Shown here: positions 60,751-64,000 of the stretch, piece after piece
Position numbering within the stretch: the stretch's first letter is position 1
Layout: each line of letters starts with the position of its first letter
From: Candidatus Thalassarchaeaceae archaeon
GTDB taxonomy: Archaea; Thermoplasmatota; Poseidoniia; Poseidoniales; Thalassarchaeaceae
DNA: 64,000 nucleotides
Direction: 5' to 3'
Assembly: GCA_030749075.1 (NCBI GenBank)
Contig: JASMKR010000035.1
Span: 15,858-79,857, forward strand
Notes under the pieces: model-generated
The model's database searches: none
The model's input: only the letters and a program-made list of their open reading frames with translations
What the model was told of the DNA's origin: nothing
Made by a program: the position numbers and the translations under genes

Positions 60751-61661
60751 TCCTCCTTTCCCGCTGAGAAGGGGAGGAAAACCTCTCTCCACCTCGGTCT
60801 TTGGACGCGCTCATCCTCCTCGATAAACCCCCTTCTAATTCGTAGTGATAACTGGTCGATCATTATCACAGAGACATACATCACCAGTATGAGTGCGAGC
60901 ACCCTATCGTACAGCTTGAAGGGCTCTAGGTAGTACAGCATATACCAGCCAATTCCACCGGCCCCTACTAGCCCAACTACTGAACCATGGCGGACATTGT
61001 ACTCAAACATGAACAACATCTGGCTAATCAGGGAGTTGCTGGCCTCAGGGATTGCGAAGTAACGAATAGTCTGCCACCGGGGTAGTCCCATGGCTCGGGC
61101 GACCTCCAGAGGTTCCCGGCTAACACCCTCTAGAGCCTCGTACTGAAGCTTTCCAAGATAGCCCACGGTGTATATGGTCATTGCAAGGACACCCGCAAGG
61201 GGACCTATGCCAACTAGAATTACGAAAATTAGGGCCCATATCAGAGAAGGGACCACACGGAGGGCAGCAAGGACCTGCCTAATCATCTGGGCGAGCCATT
61301 TTGGGGATAGGTTTGTCGCCGACATGGCGGCTAACGGAAGCGAAAGGGCCATTCCAAAAACTGTGGCTAGGAAGGCTATCTCGATAGTCTGTACCATCCC
61401 AACGATGGCTGGGCTACAAACCCAATCGATACTTGATTCACAGGGAGGATAAGCCCATGACGCCCTGTTGGTGAGGACTGAGAAATCGGGTGGCCATGCC
61501 TCGCCCCATATTACAAGAAGATTGGATGCTGCCTCACCAATCCTCGAAATGGAGATCCGTAGGTGTACGATTGCGAGAATGGAGAGGAGCGTGAAAACCA
61601 AAGTGACCTTGAGAAGAGTTCGCTTGGCGATTGCCTGAAGGGTGCGTTTGAAAACACTCAA
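60747..61661 (-). CDS. ABC permease, PhnE/PtxC family
   Basis: RVVPSLIWALIFV, GPLAGVLA, GYLGKL.YEALE, FEYNVR..VGLVGAGGIG; TTG start right after the ATPase stop. Confidence 0.88.
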   Translation of the reverse strand: MSVFKRTLQAIAKRTLLKVTLVFTLLSILAIVHLRISISRIGEAASNLLVIWGEAWPPDFSVLTNRASWAYPPCESSIDWVCSPAIVGMVQTIEIAFLATVFGMALSLPLAAMSATNLSPKWLAQMIRQVLAALRVVPSLIWALIFVILVGIGPLAGVLAMTIYTVGYLGKLQYEALEGVSREPLEVARAMGLPRWQTIRYFAIPEASNSLISQMLFMFEYNVRHGSVVGLVGAGGIGWYMLYYLEPFKLYDRVLALILVMYVSVIMIDQLSLRIRRGFIEEDERVQRPRWREVFLPFSAGKED

Positions 61662-61662
61662 T

Positions 61663-62388
61663 TTACTTCCCCCCCAATTGAGGAAGACTGTGCTGGTCTG
61701 AAATCTCATCATCACTCATTGGCAGTAACTTCTTGCCCTTTAGTTCCAATAGACGGTCACAGAAAGTACGTGCCCTAACTGGATTATGGTCCACAATCAA
61801 GATGGCGGACCTTTGGACCTTAGCCAGCCCCTTCAGTAGATCAATAATCTCACGGGCAGTGTCAGCATCGAGTTCGCCTAGGCACTCGTCGGCTAGGAGC
61901 AGCTTAGGAGACTGGACCATGGAGCGAGCAATGGCCACACGACGCTGCTGTCCCCCAGAGAGTTTATTCACGGACTCTAACGATTTGTCGTGAAGGCCCA
62001 CGGCATGGATAGCCGCCCTAGTCGCGTCACGCATCTCTCTGGAGGGTATCGAAAATAGCGTCTGAGCGAAGGTCGCCCCCGGAAGGGCCCCCATTAGGAC
62101 GTTGTAGCCCACTGACTGGTGACGCACTAGTCCAAGCCTCTGTGGAATCAACCCTATTGAGCCACGATTAATCGATGATAAGGGAATTCCGTCAAAGAGG
62201 ATGCTGCCGGATAGGTAGGGGACCAGACCTGCTATAGTCCTGATTAGGGTCGTCTTTCCTATTCCAGAGCGGCCGATGACACCTACGATTTCACCCGGAC
62301 TGATTTGAAGATTAAGGTCCTCAATTAGTGGCTGGGATTCGACGAACCCTAGGTCAACACCCGAGACGTCAAGGACGTTTCGAGCCAC
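61663..62388 (-). CDS. ABC ATP-binding protein, PhnC-like
   Basis: GRSGIGKT, NVL.G, LSGGQQRRVAIAR, LADE...LD, H-loop; GTG start inferred. Confidence 0.88.
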   Translation of the reverse strand: MARNVLDVSGVDLGFVESQPLIEDLNLQISPGEIVGVIGRSGIGKTTLIRTIAGLVPYLSGSILFDGIPLSSINRGSIGLIPQRLGLVRHQSVGYNVLMGALPGATFAQTLFSIPSREMRDATRAAIHAVGLHDKSLESVNKLSGGQQRRVAIARSMVQSPKLLLADECLGELDADTAREIIDLLKGLAKVQRSAILIVDHNPVRARTFCDRLLELKGKKLLPMSDDEISDQHSLPQLGGK

Positions 62389-62398
62389 AGATTCCCCA

Positions 62399-63373
62399 TC
62401 ACCCGCCGTACTTATCCTCGAAGTATGCCTCAATTCCAGGTATGCTACTGATGGCTGTACTGTATGATCCCAAATGGCTCTCGGTATCCACGGCCGCGAG
62501 GCCGTCAGAATTGAGAACTGAGTGGATTATGGATTGGCCTTCAGTGCCCGTATTCAATGCTAGCAAGGCAGCAGTGATCACTGCTGCCTTTTCAGGGCTA
62601 ACCTGTTCCGGATTCAGCATCACTGGGTGGCTAGGAACCTGTCCGAAGTATGGTTCTAGCATTCGGTACTCGGATCTATCGAGGCACCAATCGTTACCCT
62701 CACAGTAATCCTCGAAAGAGCTTGTCTTAGCAAAGGCGATGTCTCCCTGCCCCTCCGTCATACACCTGAATGCCCCGCCATATCCATAGTAGGTGTCGCC
62801 ACTGGATGGAATGGTGGCATTACCGAAGTGGTTCTCAATTGTGGTCCTAAGGCTGTCGATGTCCTCTTTATCGCCTGAAATCTCAACAATTCCATTATCT
62901 ATCATGTAGCCCATAGGCATGAGCATACCTGCAGACTTCAGCCACCCAGTATGGCATGAGTCCTTACCTTCCAAATCATCCAGAGACTGGATATCACTAT
63001 CGGCTAGAACCCAAGCAGCGGCGACATAGAATGTTGATCCGTCTGATTTCTTGTCAGCTAGAATGGCGTCGAAGCCATGCTGCTGCCAAGACAGCCAGGC
63101 GGAACCACCGTCGAGGAATGCGATGTCTGCATGACCGAATCTCAATGCCTCAATCGCGGCAATGTCACTGGAAATCGGATAGATTTCCACATCCCATCCT
63201 GATTGCTGCGCGACGAAGTCTGCCAAGGCCTGAGGATTGGCTTCAACGTCTTCGTAGTCATCTTGAGTCTTGAAGGCGATTCTAATGATTTCATCCTCAT
63301 CCGAACCTAGACAACCAGAATTCATTGATAGAAGAATCAAGAAAGTAAGTATCACCGAAATCGATCTTTTCAT
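62399..63373 (-). CDS. Transferrin-like substrate-binding lipoprotein (PhnD/transferrin superfamily)
   Basis: SGC lipobox; ADIAFLDGG, TFYVAAAWV, LEGKDSCHTGWLKSAGMLMPMG, YYGYGGAFRCMTEGQGDIAFAK, GQVPSHPV match transferrin lobe motifs. Confidence 0.85.
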   Translation of the reverse strand: MKRSISVILTFLILLSMNSGCLGSDEDEIIRIAFKTQDDYEDVEANPQALADFVAQQSGWDVEIYPISSDIAAIEALRFGHADIAFLDGGSAWLSWQQHGFDAILADKKSDGSTFYVAAAWVLADSDIQSLDDLEGKDSCHTGWLKSAGMLMPMGYMIDNGIVEISGDKEDIDSLRTTIENHFGNATIPSSGDTYYGYGGAFRCMTEGQGDIAFAKTSSFEDYCEGNDWCLDRSEYRMLEPYFGQVPSHPVMLNPEQVSPEKAAVITAALLALNTGTEGQSIIHSVLNSDGLAAVDTESHLGSYSTAISSIPGIEAYFEDKYGG

Positions 63374-63432
63374 TTTTGGGTACCCTAAATTTTCTAATAA
63401 TACAATTACTTTTGAATTTTGGGTATCCTAAA
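63374..63432. promoter_or_regulatory. Two DtxR/IdeR-like palindromic operators flanking a TATA-like element
   Basis: TTTTGGGTACCCTAAA (63374-63389) and TTTTGGGTATCCTAAA (63417-63432); minus-strand TATTATTA at 63395-63402. Confidence 0.65.
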
Positions 63433-63457
63433 TCTCAATATTTCCTGCGATAGAATC

Positions 63458-64000
63458 ATGACCTTGCTAATTACCAGTGGTTCATTGAACAGAGTTCGGA
63501 CTGCCTCGGCACTTGCCCTCACCCTGACGTTCATCATGATAATCTCGCTCTTTCCTCTACAATCGCATAGCCCATCGCTGGACGAGGTTGAGCAGCGACG
63601 TGAGCAGTTCGGAGGGGGGGGGTCGATAGAGGAGCAGTGCAGCTCCATTACCTTCGAGGACATGTTCATCTACGACAAGGCATTGTTCGATATCCAAGTC
63701 GACGAGGATTGGCAGACGGCCCAAGTCGCTGCTATGGCTTGGATCAACTGGACTCTGGCCGACGACATCAGAGACGACCTCGATGAGTATCTGGAGGGAA
63801 TCGTTCCCTCTGGAGGCGATGACTGGCTGTCGACTGACGAAGTTGGGGCAGTGATATTGATTGCAGCAGACTGCCTTCAATACAGCATAACCAGAATTGG
63901 CATCCGCGATGGGGCTGCTCACCGAGGGGGGGTGAGCGTGGACTGGAAGAACACCACTTGGCAGGATGATGGGATGGTTATCTCGGAGTACAATGGCGTC
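63458..64000 (+). CDS. Hypothetical secreted or membrane-anchored acidic protein, 3'-truncated
   Basis: Frame open from ATG 63458 to the window end; N-terminal hydrophobic segment. Confidence 0.65.
   Translation, partial: MTLLITSGSLNRVRTASALALTLTFIMIISLFPLQSHSPSLDEVEQRREQFGGGGSIEEQCSSITFEDMFIYDKALFDIQVDEDWQTAQVAAMAWINWTLADDIRDDLDEYLEGIVPSGGDDWLSTDEVGAVILIAADCLQYSITRIGIRDGAAHRGGVSVDWKNTTWQDDGMVISEYNGV

Noticed and set aside
60747..63373. Plain phosphonate/phosphite transporter (phnDCE/ptxABC) annotation
   Set aside because: The binding protein has transferrin motifs instead of the STSG-type phosphonate loop, no C-P lyase or ptxD gene is nearby, and the operators look like metal boxes. Not formally excluded.
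63614..63622. Homopolymer G/C tracts (also near 19914 and 36320) as phase-variation switches
   Set aside because: All are in-frame Gly or Pro codons in intact ORFs, with no frameshift evidence.
1..64000. CRISPR arrays, rRNA, transposases, integrases, proviral or defence genes
   Set aside because: No repeat-spacer periodicity or recognisable motifs were seen in the window.

Overview
This is a gene-dense, mostly GC-rich archaeal chromosome segment. The gene set points to Marine Group II Euryarchaeota (Ca. Poseidoniales), an inference from RibL, AroA'/AroB', the archaeal GHMP shikimate kinase, a Bat-type HTH regulator, GGTGA/GGAGG RBSs and several large S8 proteases. Housekeeping content: ileS, nadE, a membrane pyrophosphatase, a riboflavin operon, trxB, MoeB-rhodanese, a fused 2-oxoacid dehydrogenase E1, a MoxR/DUF58 operon, a shikimate operon, xth, a LolD/FtsX ABC pair, two tandem tRNA-Leu genes and gpsA. 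No CRISPR array, rRNA or mobile element was seen. Best find (60747-63432): an ABC operon that looks like phnDCE, but its lipoprotein matches one transferrin lobe motif for motif (four Fe ligands, anion site and a conserved Cys pair). It is preceded by two DtxR/IdeR-like palindromes, suggesting an iron-regulated archaeal transferrin-type uptake system. Also notable: a subtilase fused to an AmpG-like MFS transporter, a 4-hydroxybenzoyl-CoA-reductase-like Mo enzyme cluster, a GIHH-motif IleRS and an E1 with a Zn-ribbon extension. All calls come from recognising motifs by eye; no searches were run.
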